A stretch of 64,000 nucleotides of DNA, from positions 381-64,380 of the forward strand of contig CAWCKO010000072.1 in NCBI GenBank assembly GCA_963796145.1, given 5' to 3'. Each line of letters starts with the position of its first letter. Positions within the stretch are counted from its first letter, which is position 1. The notes under the pieces are model-generated. The model searched no databases, was not told the DNA's origin, and saw only the letters and a program-made list of their open reading frames with translations. Positions 27,735 through 35,770 of this stretch are shown piece by piece. Origin of the DNA: an uncultured Acidobacteriaceae bacterium. Its GTDB lineage: Bacteria > Acidobacteriota > Terriglobia > Terriglobales > Acidobacteriaceae. A program made the translations under genes and the position numbers.

Positions 27735-29045
27735 ATGAAAACCCGGGCTTGGGAACTATTGCTCTTGCTGCTGGTTAGCCCCGTCGGTCTACACGCACAG
27801 GGTTTTGGAATGCTGCAGAAGAAAGTCGTGACTATCAACCGGCTTCTTCCTCCTACGGTGAATTTGAATGGCAAAAGAATTCGCGTGGAAGCTACCGCCG
27901 CCGGCGTTCAAAAAAATGGTGACCAACTGGAGGCGTTGCTGAAGACCAAACTGGTCACGCTTATTCAGAAAGACCCGCGCTTTATCCTCGATGAGAACTC
28001 TCCGCAGACCATCCTGAAGTTTACGATCACCAACTTCTACACCGAAAAATGGACCACGGGCACGGGTACCAATCAAACCACCTCCAATCGGGGAAAGATC
28101 GAAGTGGCGTATCAGGCAATCGATGTCGCCAGCGACACAGCGCTTGATTCTGAGAATCTAACCAAGACTGCAGGATACGATCCGGGGCAAACGAACTTGA
28201 TGGACACGTTTCATCTCAACAAGAACAAGGCAGCTGCAGAACGCAGCGAAAATGAAACCAGAGACCAGTTGGTAGATGGCATTGTTGACCTCATGGCCAG
28301 GAGAATCGCTCCGCTTGATCAACCCTTTGACGCACCGCTGCCTGGAGGCAAGTTGGAGCCGCTGTCAAGTCTTGCGCGCAGTGGTCGATGGGGTGCTCTG
28401 GAAGAGCAGGGTGAGAAGATGGATAAGCTTCCCAAGCCCAACGATGACGCCTATCGTCTTTATCTTGTCGCACTCGCCAAGGAAGCCCAGGCCTATGATT
28501 TGACCCGGGAAGCCAATGACCGCGATTTGGGCAAGCGAACAGATATCTCTGAGACCCAGGCTGAAGCCGATTTCAAGAGAGCGCAAAAAAATTTGGACGA
28601 GGCGGGAACAATCTACAAGCAGATCATTACCGAAAACTCGAAGGAAAAGGACTTTCGTGCAGGGGACACCCGGACCGAAGAAGCGCTGGCGATTTACGCC
28701 AAAATCGAACGCTATAAGGACGAAAATGCCAAAGCCATGGCGGCCAAAGCTGCACTCGCTTCTCAGGCAAAAGGTGTAGCGCCTGTCCATGCCGATGCCG
28801 TTGGCGGAAGAAGAAGCCCTCTAGTGCAGGTGCTTGACTTTTGTACTCGTGGCCTGGCAGTGGACAGCATTAAGGACTACATTGATTCTCCCGACTTTAT
28901 GGCAGATGCAAAGGCGACCAATTACAAATTCAGCTTTTCGCAGGATCCCGTCAGACTGCACGACGCCTGCAAGCAGAACGCTGCTCTTCTTCAAAAATTG
29001 ATACGGGCCCGGCTGTCGCCGGCCGCGAGTGTCGCCCATAGGTGA
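27735..29045 (+). CDS. secreted hypothetical protein (N-terminal alpha/beta module + helical repeat region)
   Basis: 436 aa. Signal peptide MKTRAWELLLLLLVSPVGLHAQ. No family recognised. Ends 8 nt before the caspase gene ATG. Confidence 0.7.
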   Translation: MKTRAWELLLLLLVSPVGLHAQGFGMLQKKVVTINRLLPPTVNLNGKRIRVEATAAGVQKNGDQLEALLKTKLVTLIQKDPRFILDENSPQTILKFTITNFYTEKWTTGTGTNQTTSNRGKIEVAYQAIDVASDTALDSENLTKTAGYDPGQTNLMDTFHLNKNKAAAERSENETRDQLVDGIVDLMARRIAPLDQPFDAPLPGGKLEPLSSLARSGRWGALEEQGEKMDKLPKPNDDAYRLYLVALAKEAQAYDLTREANDRDLGKRTDISETQAEADFKRAQKNLDEAGTIYKQIITENSKEKDFRAGDTRTEEALAIYAKIERYKDENAKAMAAKAALASQAKGVAPVHADAVGGRRSPLVQVLDFCTRGLAVDSIKDYIDSPDFMADAKATNYKFSFSQDPVRLHDACKQNAALLQKLIRARLSPAASVAHR

Positions 29046-29053
29046 GGGCGTCG

Positions 29054-30283
29054 ATGGGGCGGTTTCTGTTGCTCGGACTGGTGATTGCGGTGCTGCTGCC
29101 ATGCCCGGCGGAGGCCCAGGGTGATGGCTGCCAGGGCGCTCTGGATGCTCTTAACCGGGTAAAAGAGCAGATTACCCCTGCACTTTCAGCCAACACGGCC
29201 GCGGGCAAAAAGCGCCTTGAGGTGATGAAGTCCGCCCTGGAAAACGGCACTCATCTCTGCAAGGACTTTCCCGAGTTGTGGTTTTATCGGATGGTCGTCT
29301 CTCAAAGACTCGGCCTGGAAAAGGACTACAGCTACGCCAAAGAGAAAGTCGATGAATTAGATTACGGCAATCACTTCGACCCTTTCTCCGTCCCGCCGGC
29401 CGCAACTCCTCCGCCAGTTTCAAACACCCAAACGGTAGCGAGTACCGCCAATAAATGGGCACTGGTTGTGGGTATCGATAAGTTTGAGGACAAGCGCGCT
29501 CCCCAGCTTAATTACGCGGTGAAGGACTCTAAAGATTTTGTCACTTTCCTCGAAGACCCCCACGGCGGACGTTTCGATCCAAGCCACGTGGAGCACCTGG
29601 AGAACGACGGCGCAACCCTTAAAGGCATCAAACAGGGACTCGGCAGACTGCGTGTCGAGGCCAAGCCAGACGATCTTGTCGTGCTCTACCTCTCGAGCCA
29701 TGGGTCGTCGCGACATATGGATCCCAACGGTGTGAGCTATATCATCACTCACGATACAGACCTGGGAGACTCTGCGACGCTCTATGCATCCTCCTTGCAG
29801 ATGATCGACCTGGTACAGGAAATCAATCGCGAACTCAAGGCTCGCCAAGTGGTCTTGATCCTGGATACCTGTTACAGCGGCGACGCACTCACGAATCCCA
29901 ATAAGGCTCCGGACTATGCAGCGTCAAGGGGTTCGTTACTAATGGGAACCAATGATCCTCCCCCGGACGCGCCGGCTTCCTCGTCGTTCAGTGTCGCTTT
30001 TGAAAATTTGAAGGTCGGGTACGGAAGAGCAGTCATCACCGCAAGTCGTGCGAATGAGTCATCGTGGGAAAGTCCGAAGTTGCAGAACGGCTATTTTACC
30101 CACTATCTGTTAGAGGTCCTGCGAGAGGGTCACGGCGAAGCTAGACTCGATCAGGTCTTTTCGCAGGTAAGAACGAGAGTATCCTCCCGAGTCAAGGCGG
30201 AACTCAATGCCAGCCAGAATCCGAGTTTTGAGTTCAGCGAACATGCGGACTCCATCGTTCTGGGCGGACCGCAAGCCAACTAG
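29054..30283 (+). CDS. secreted caspase-family (peptidase C14) protein
   Basis: GGTGAGG RBS. Signal peptide MGRFLLLGLVIAVLLPCPAEAQ. Catalytic dyad context VVLYLSSHGS and VLILDTCYSG. WALVVGIDKF is the typical start of the p20-like domain. Confidence 0.85.
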   Translation: MGRFLLLGLVIAVLLPCPAEAQGDGCQGALDALNRVKEQITPALSANTAAGKKRLEVMKSALENGTHLCKDFPELWFYRMVVSQRLGLEKDYSYAKEKVDELDYGNHFDPFSVPPAATPPPVSNTQTVASTANKWALVVGIDKFEDKRAPQLNYAVKDSKDFVTFLEDPHGGRFDPSHVEHLENDGATLKGIKQGLGRLRVEAKPDDLVVLYLSSHGSSRHMDPNGVSYIITHDTDLGDSATLYASSLQMIDLVQEINRELKARQVVLILDTCYSGDALTNPNKAPDYAASRGSLLMGTNDPPPDAPASSSFSVAFENLKVGYGRAVITASRANESSWESPKLQNGYFTHYLLEVLREGHGEARLDQVFSQVRTRVSSRVKAELNASQNPSFEFSEHADSIVLGGPQAN

Positions 30284-30301
30284 GGCATGCTTCCCCCGAA
30301 C

Positions 30302-30601
30302 TCAGACTCCTTCTACTAACGTGACCCGATACTTTGCCCCTTTGAAACGATGCTCGCGCACCTCCCGATAGGACGCACCGTTATACCAGGCCTTCGCCGC
30401 TTCAGCACTGGGAAACTCGAGGATCACTGTGCCTTCCGTGGAAGCGCCTTCCAGGTCTTCATGCCCACCGTAAAGAGCGAGAATCTTGACCTCATGCCCG
30501 GCCAAAGCCGCTGGGACTTCCTTTGAGTAGGTGGCCATCTCATGTTCATCGAGCATCTTTTCCCGCGTAAAAACCATATATGTACTTATAGCGATCTCCA
30601 T
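30302..30601 (-). CDS. DUF1330 domain protein
   Basis: 99 aa. ..GTVILEFPSAEAAKAWYNGASYREVREHRFKGAKYRVTLVEGV matches the DUF1330 pattern. Confidence 0.75.
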   Translation of the reverse strand: MEIAISTYMVFTREKMLDEHEMATYSKEVPAALAGHEVKILALYGGHEDLEGASTEGTVILEFPSAEAAKAWYNGASYREVREHRFKGAKYRVTLVEGV

Positions 30602-30851
30602 GCCGGCGTGTTTGAGAAGCAGTCACAACAAAGATGCACGACAGCCGCATTTTGTTCCGCCGGAATCGTAGTCCGCACACCGATGGGGGCGAGCCCCCGC
30701 GGGAAACCGCCGGCAAGCGGCGATCGACGATCTGATGCAGCGACGATAGATTCCGCCGGAAGACCGGAGCCTTACTTCATCGCGGCGAGCAGGAATGGAC
30801 CGAGAGCCTGAGATAAACGGCAAATACGGCTGCAGGATCCAATGGTTGGAG

Positions 30852-31424
30852 CTATTTCGCTAATTTCCCTAGCACGGTCTTGAGCTTTGATCGAAAGAGC
30901 TTTTGGTTGCCCCGGGCTGGATGATTAATCATCGCTTTGTTCGCAACGTTTCTGCCATCCAGGCGCAGTGCCTCCGCGCACACTGAGTATGTGACTCCGC
31001 CAATCAGGACAATTGGCACATAGTTCTCGCCCACGAGGCCCTGCAGCTTCCTTTGAAGGCCCGGCAGAGTGCTCCGCATCAGCCGCGTCTTGGTCGATGT
31101 ATCCGCACCATCGGGCATGGGCCGTTCATAAGCGTCAATCAGATGATAACCGTCGTTTTGGAACCGTCGCAGTAGCTGTGGTTTCCGTTGCCGTATCTGT
31201 TCCACCGAAGAGCCTGGCCGGAAGGCATCTTTGACGTATCCGACTTCAACTGGGTACAGGACCTTCATCATTTCTAGAAAGAGCGTGTCCCCGTTGGTCA
31301 GATCCGTAAAGTAGAAAAAGCGGTTAACCTTTACTGCGGGCGGAGCCTCTGCGATAAACAGGACCCGCAGGTGATCCGGCCGATAGCGCCTGGTCGCTTC
31401 TTCGAATCGCTTCTGAGCATTCAT
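30852..31424 (-). CDS. hypothetical protein, possibly uracil-DNA-glycosylase-superfamily fold (start 31424 or 31451)
   Basis: LFIAEAPP near the N-terminus and INHPARGN near the C-terminus resemble UDG motifs A and B in position. Weak call. 5 nt downstream of the ATL gene. Confidence 0.35.
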   Translation of the reverse strand: MNAQKRFEEATRRYRPDHLRVLFIAEAPPAVKVNRFFYFTDLTNGDTLFLEMMKVLYPVEVGYVKDAFRPGSSVEQIRQRKPQLLRRFQNDGYHLIDAYERPMPDGADTSTKTRLMRSTLPGLQRKLQGLVGENYVPIVLIGGVTYSVCAEALRLDGRNVANKAMINHPARGNQKLFRSKLKTVLGKLAK

Positions 31425-31429
31425 CGGGC

Positions 31430-31813
31430 TTAACGGTCGAGCGTTTCCCAAGGGCGAAATGTGTGTTCAGCGAGTTGCATGTTCACCCGCTTGCCGCGAA
31501 ACTTGACTCCTTCCATGCTAAGCCGCAGCCGTTGTTCCGCAGCTGCTTCACCGCGTAGTTTGATCTCGCCTCCAGCGCCCACGATGCGCTGCCAGGGAAC
31601 TCGACCGATCCCCTCTTTTCGCAGCAGCCTGGCTACGGCCCGGTGATACAGCGGATAGCCTGCAGCAGCGGCAACCTTGCCGTACGTCGACACCTTTCCT
31701 TTGGGGACAGAACAAATGATGCGCCGAAAGGCGGCATCACGCTGCTCGTTGTCGCGAAGCGCATCCTTCAGAATCCTTCGCCTGAAGTTTTGAGGAACGT
31801 CTGCAAACCGCAT
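31430..31813 (-). CDS. MGMT-family DNA-binding protein lacking the acceptor Cys (alkyltransferase-like, ATL)
   Basis: VPKGKVSTYGKVAAAAGYPLYHRAVARLL..VPWQRIVGAGGEI. PWQR replaces the PCHR active site, as in ATL proteins. Confidence 0.75.
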   Translation of the reverse strand: MRFADVPQNFRRRILKDALRDNEQRDAAFRRIICSVPKGKVSTYGKVAAAAGYPLYHRAVARLLRKEGIGRVPWQRIVGAGGEIKLRGEAAAEQRLRLSMEGVKFRGKRVNMQLAEHTFRPWETLDR

Positions 31814-31856
31814 GCGCAAAACTATATCAAAAGCGAGTCGAGGCAAAACGGCCCCG

Positions 31857-32741
31857 TCACCGCTTAGGATCACCCCCGATGGAGTCGAGATCGGCGAGCA
31901 CCTCGGGAGGAATTTGTAGCGTTGCCGCCTTGAGATTCTCACGAAGATGTTCGACGGAAGATGTCCCCGGGATCAGCAGGATGTTGGGTGAGCGCTGAAG
32001 AAGCCACGCCAGCGCAACCTGCATTGGCGTAACCCCGAGTGACGTTGCGGCTGCGTCGAGTTTCGCCGACTGTAACGGACTGAATCCTCCCAGCGGGAAG
32101 AACGGCACATACGCTATGCCTTGCTTCGCAAGGTCATCGATGAAGCCATCATCGTTTCGGTGGGCAACGTTGTACAGGTTCTGCACGCAGACGATCTCAG
32201 AAATTGTCTGGGCCTCGGCCAACTGCTCCGGACTGACATTGCTCAGACCGAGATGACGAATCAGTCCCTCACGCTTGAGTTCCACGAGCACGGTCAGCGG
32301 TTCCTTGATCGATCCTTCCGTCGGCCCCATCACTCCTCCGACCCGCAGGTTGACGACATCAAGGCTGTCCAGCCCGAGGTTGCGCAGATTGTCATGAACG
32401 CCATCGATCAGTTCCTGGCGCGAAAGAGCATGGATCCACGACTTGTCCGTTCCCCGGCGAGCGCCCACTTTGGTGCAAATCACCAGACCGTCCGGATAGG
32501 GGTGGAGCGCCTGCTTGATAATCTGATTGGTCACATGGGGACCATAAAAGTCGCTGGTATCGATATGGTTCACGCCGGATGCAATGGCCTCCTGCAGGAC
32601 AGCAACCGCCGCGTTAATGTCACGCGGTGGCCCAAATACCTGTGGGCCGGCAAGTTGCATTGCGCCATAGCCCATGCGTTCCACGGTCATCGATGTGCCC
32701 GGGAATGTGAAGCTTCCGGCAAGGTCGGTCTGTGTCGTCAT
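31857..32741 (-). CDS. aldo/keto reductase
   Basis: MGYGAMQLAG..AIASGVNHIDTSDFYGPHVTNQII..LVICTKVG..HLGLSNV are AKR family signatures. Confidence 0.9.
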   Translation of the reverse strand: MTTQTDLAGSFTFPGTSMTVERMGYGAMQLAGPQVFGPPRDINAAVAVLQEAIASGVNHIDTSDFYGPHVTNQIIKQALHPYPDGLVICTKVGARRGTDKSWIHALSRQELIDGVHDNLRNLGLDSLDVVNLRVGGVMGPTEGSIKEPLTVLVELKREGLIRHLGLSNVSPEQLAEAQTISEIVCVQNLYNVAHRNDDGFIDDLAKQGIAYVPFFPLGGFSPLQSAKLDAAATSLGVTPMQVALAWLLQRSPNILLIPGTSSVEHLRENLKAATLQIPPEVLADLDSIGGDPKR

Positions 32742-32829
32742 TCTGTTCTCCTCAAGTATTGTGCATGACTTGCAGTAATCATGCTCACATGTGTTTAGAT
32801 GAAGAAAGCCTCAGGTTAGGAGTTCGCAT

Positions 32830-33480
32830 TTGCCGCAGCGTTCGCATGTGCTCTTGGAGCCCCGCAAATCGCCGGTTCAAGCCCGTTCGGCCGCCAGCGT
32901 GGACGCCATTCTCGACGGAACCGTTCAGGTTTTGCTCCGCGTGGGGAAGGAACGGTTGACCACGACCAGGGTGGCATTGCGAGCCGGTGTCTCGGTCGGA
33001 ACCTTGTATCAATACTTCCCCAACAAGAGTGCGCTCCTGCAGGCAGTCTTGAAACGTCACCTCGACGAAGTTGCGGAGGCAGTGGAACGAGTCTGCCGGG
33101 AGCAGAAAGGGAAGCCTCTCCAGCACATGGCGACAGCTCTCATCAACGCATTCCTCGATGCCAAGATGAGGGATGCCAAAACCAGTGTCGCTCTCTATTC
33201 CGTAAGCTCCGATGTGGACGGAGCGAAGATCGCGCAAAAGATGAGTATACGGTCCAATAAGGCCATTGTTGCAATGTTGGAGGCCTCCTGCGAGCCGCTC
33301 ACGAAAGACCCGGCACTCGTAGCTTCGATGCTGCAGGGGGCAATGGGTGGGGTCAGCCGGAGATTGCTCGAATCCGGTGCGCCCGAGAAGGAGTTCGACA
33401 TCTTGCGGCAGGAACTCATCTTCTTTGCGTCCGCGTACCTGGAGGCCTCTTCTGCGCGGCGTAATTTGAAATATCCTTAG
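32830..33480 (+). CDS. TetR/AcrR family transcriptional regulator (start TTG 32830 or GTG 32848)
   Basis: RLTTTRVALRAGVSVGTLYQYFPNKSALL is a TetR HTH. Divergent from the AKR gene. Confidence 0.85.
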   Translation: MPQRSHVLLEPRKSPVQARSAASVDAILDGTVQVLLRVGKERLTTTRVALRAGVSVGTLYQYFPNKSALLQAVLKRHLDEVAEAVERVCREQKGKPLQHMATALINAFLDAKMRDAKTSVALYSVSSDVDGAKIAQKMSIRSNKAIVAMLEASCEPLTKDPALVASMLQGAMGGVSRRLLESGAPEKEFDILRQELIFFASAYLEASSARRNLKYP

Positions 33481-33487
33481 GGCCTCT

Positions 33488-34390
33488 CTACCGACGCGTC
33501 GCACTGATGATGTAGTAGGCTACCGGGCCTAGGGGAAAACTAACGAACGGCAGCAGGACTGGCGCAAGTACATTATTCCAGCGGGCGCGAGTCATCTTGC
33601 GTCCGCCAAACACAACGGCCGTGAGCAGGAATTTGAGCGTGACCCACGGAACGTGGAAGACGCAGGGCGTCACGCGCGATTGGATTTGCTCGACGACGAT
33701 ATCCCGGAAGCCTAATCGCTCCAGTTCGCCTGTGAACTGCTCAACTTCAGCGAAGGTATCGATTACCCAGCATTCACAGAGCGTGCGGTAGACGTGCTTC
33801 TGCAAGCCACGCAGTTGGCCGGGGCCCAGGAAGCCGTCGGTGACAACGATGCGGCCTCCCGGGCGCAGCAAACGGTGTGCTTCCTTAAGAAACGCGGATT
33901 TGTTCGCGCCCCGCGCATAGCAACTGCTCTCGATCGCGTAGACCGCATCGAAGGATGCCGGCGGCTCGCTCGTGTGTTCGTAGTCCCCAAGAGTGAGGGT
34001 GATGCACTCGGCTTCCTGGCACGATTGGTTCAGGCGACGACCCTGTTCAAGCTGCCAGGGGACGAGGGTGATCCCACGCAGGTCGGCCCAGCGAAGGCGC
34101 TGAGCGAAGCTGCGCAACGTTGCTCCCAGACCGCAACCCATGTCCAGAATGCGGGCAGGGAAGCGCGCCGAATACTCGCCGTCGACCTGAAGACGAGCGA
34201 GCACTTCCAGGTTCATCTGCTCCAGCATATCTTCACGTTTGCAGGGGTTCATGCCCCAGCGAAAGAAGCCGAAGTGCATGTTGAAGCGAGCACTCCAGGC
34301 CGCGTAATCTGGACCGGCTTCCTCGTAGTAGCGCTGAAAATTGACAGCAGTGGTTGCAGTTGCGGTCGCGGGCGTCACAAGCGTGGTCAT
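33488..34390 (-). CDS. class I SAM-dependent methyltransferase with a C-terminal hydrophobic tail
   Basis: ILDMGCGLGA (motif I), LLRPGGRIVVTD, N-terminal YYEEAGPDYAAWSARFNMHFGFF (gamma-TMT/SDMT/ERG6-like signature). The ATG overlaps the regulator stop (TGATG). The upstream part of the track ORF is discounted. Confidence 0.8.
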   Translation of the reverse strand: MTTLVTPATATATTAVNFQRYYEEAGPDYAAWSARFNMHFGFFRWGMNPCKREDMLEQMNLEVLARLQVDGEYSARFPARILDMGCGLGATLRSFAQRLRWADLRGITLVPWQLEQGRRLNQSCQEAECITLTLGDYEHTSEPPASFDAVYAIESSCYARGANKSAFLKEAHRLLRPGGRIVVTDGFLGPGQLRGLQKHVYRTLCECWVIDTFAEVEQFTGELERLGFRDIVVEQIQSRVTPCVFHVPWVTLKFLLTAVVFGGRKMTRARWNNVLAPVLLPFVSFPLGPVAYYIISATRR

Positions 34391-34935
34391 CAGTCCAGCC
34401 TCCGTCGTCGCGTTTTCGGCAGTATCCGGGTAATACCGTTGCCCACGCGGATAAGCGAGCGCAGGCTGGCCGGAGGCAACTTCTTGATCTGGCTGTACCA
34501 TCCGTGGAGCTCCTCCAGGAATACCTGCATGGCGGTGATGCGTTCTGTAATTGCAGGGTGTGAGGGGTGCTCGGCCGGGGCTTGTGCGGCACAGCGCCGG
34601 AGCATACTGAGAGTGGGTATGATCTCTCGTTCGACACGTTGCTCGACCACTGTGAGGAAGAGCGTCCACACGTCGGCGGACGTGTGGAAGAAGTCGCGGC
34701 GGTCGCCGATGCGGCTGTCGATTTGTACCAGGTTCCAGTTCTGCAGTTCCTTGAGGCTGGTGCTCACGTTGGAGCGCGCGACAGAGAGGGTCTCGGCAAT
34801 CTCCTCCGCAGTGAGGGATTGGGGCGATAAATAGAGGAGCGCGTGCACCTGGGCAACGGTACGATTAACCCCCCAGCGAGTGCCCATCTCTCCCCAGTGC
34901 AGGATGAATTGCTTCATGGAATCGCTGAGTACCAT
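34390..34935 (-). CDS. GbsR/MarR-type winged-helix transcriptional regulator
   Basis: FILHWGEMGTRWGVNRTVAQVHALLYLSPQSLTAEEIAETLSVARSNVSTSLKELQNWNLV is the GbsR-family pattern. Confidence 0.75.
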   Translation of the reverse strand: MVLSDSMKQFILHWGEMGTRWGVNRTVAQVHALLYLSPQSLTAEEIAETLSVARSNVSTSLKELQNWNLVQIDSRIGDRRDFFHTSADVWTLFLTVVEQRVEREIIPTLSMLRRCAAQAPAEHPSHPAITERITAMQVFLEELHGWYSQIKKLPPASLRSLIRVGNGITRILPKTRRRRLD

Positions 34936-34947
34936 GTGTTCATCATA

Positions 34948-34979
34948 TCAGTTATTTCTGTATAGACAGAAATAACTGA
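34948..34979. promoter_or_regulatory. candidate operator: 14-bp perfect inverted repeat with 4-nt spacer
   Basis: TCAGTTATTTCTGT-ATAG-ACAGAAATAACTGA, 13 nt upstream of the GbsR-type regulator ATG, in a very AT-rich context. Confidence 0.6.
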
Positions 34980-35029
34980 ATGCAAATAAAATTGTATGTG
35001 GAACGGGAGAACTGGAACCTGCGGGATTC

Positions 35030-35377
35030 GTGGTGGGAGCGGGCGAAGGAGCGCTCGGCGTGCTTGCGCTGTCGGTGGCCTCGAGACGCCGTGAGCTGGG
35101 GATTCGCCTAGCGGTGGGTGCTCAACAAAAGGACATTCGGAACCTCATCTTCGGCGAAGGATTTCGTTTGATCGCCAGCGGAGTATTCGTGGGCGTGGTG
35201 CTGGCGATTGTTTTGTCCAGAGTGCTGAGGACTTTTCTGTTTGAGGTGAAGCCTAACGATTCAATAACGTTGATTGTCGTGGGCGCATTATTCGCCGGAG
35301 TGGCGGTGCTCGCGTGCTGGGCGCCAGTGCGACGAGCGGCAAAGGTCGACCCGCTAGAGGCGTTACGCTACGAATGA
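35030..35377 (+). pseudogene. 3' remnant (last ~115 codons) of an ADOP/FtsX-type permease gene
   Basis: ..RRRELGIRLAVGAQQKDIRNLIFGEGFRL..AAKVDPLEALRYE matches the C-termini of the full-length permeases in this window. No upstream permease sequence precedes it. Confidence 0.8.
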
Positions 35378-35770
35378 GTGCGTCGCGGAGGAAAGACCAT
35401 CGCGCGAGCGGACGTACTGTTTATCTGGGGCCAGCATCGGTCCAACCCATGCAGGAGCTTCACACGGCATGAACTTCGAAAGGCTTCTGATTCGCCTCTC
35501 GCCGCCGCGCCAGAAGGTACTCTTTCCGCTTGAGCATTCCCGGAGCCGTGGTGCTGGCCTCCCTTTTGGGATCTGATGTGCGTCGGATCAGCAGACATGT
35601 TACAGGCTTAATCGTTGGGCTTGGCCTGGACATATGGGACCATACCTATCCCCCAAAATTGCTGCAATAGGTATGCTGTCCCTTTATCTCCCTTTTTTAA
35701 TTCCGCATAATCTCCCTTGGGACCAGTGGAACTGGTTTTGAGTTAGATTAGGCTGCAAGGGTGTGCTCGG

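Noticed and set aside
32121-33504. ORFs 32121..32768 (+) and 32785..33504 (-)
   Set aside because: Antisense to the aldo/keto reductase and TetR genes respectively. Both sense genes carry strong family signatures.
33794-34834. 346-aa plus-strand ORF
   Set aside because: Antisense to the methyltransferase and GbsR-type regulator genes. No motifs.
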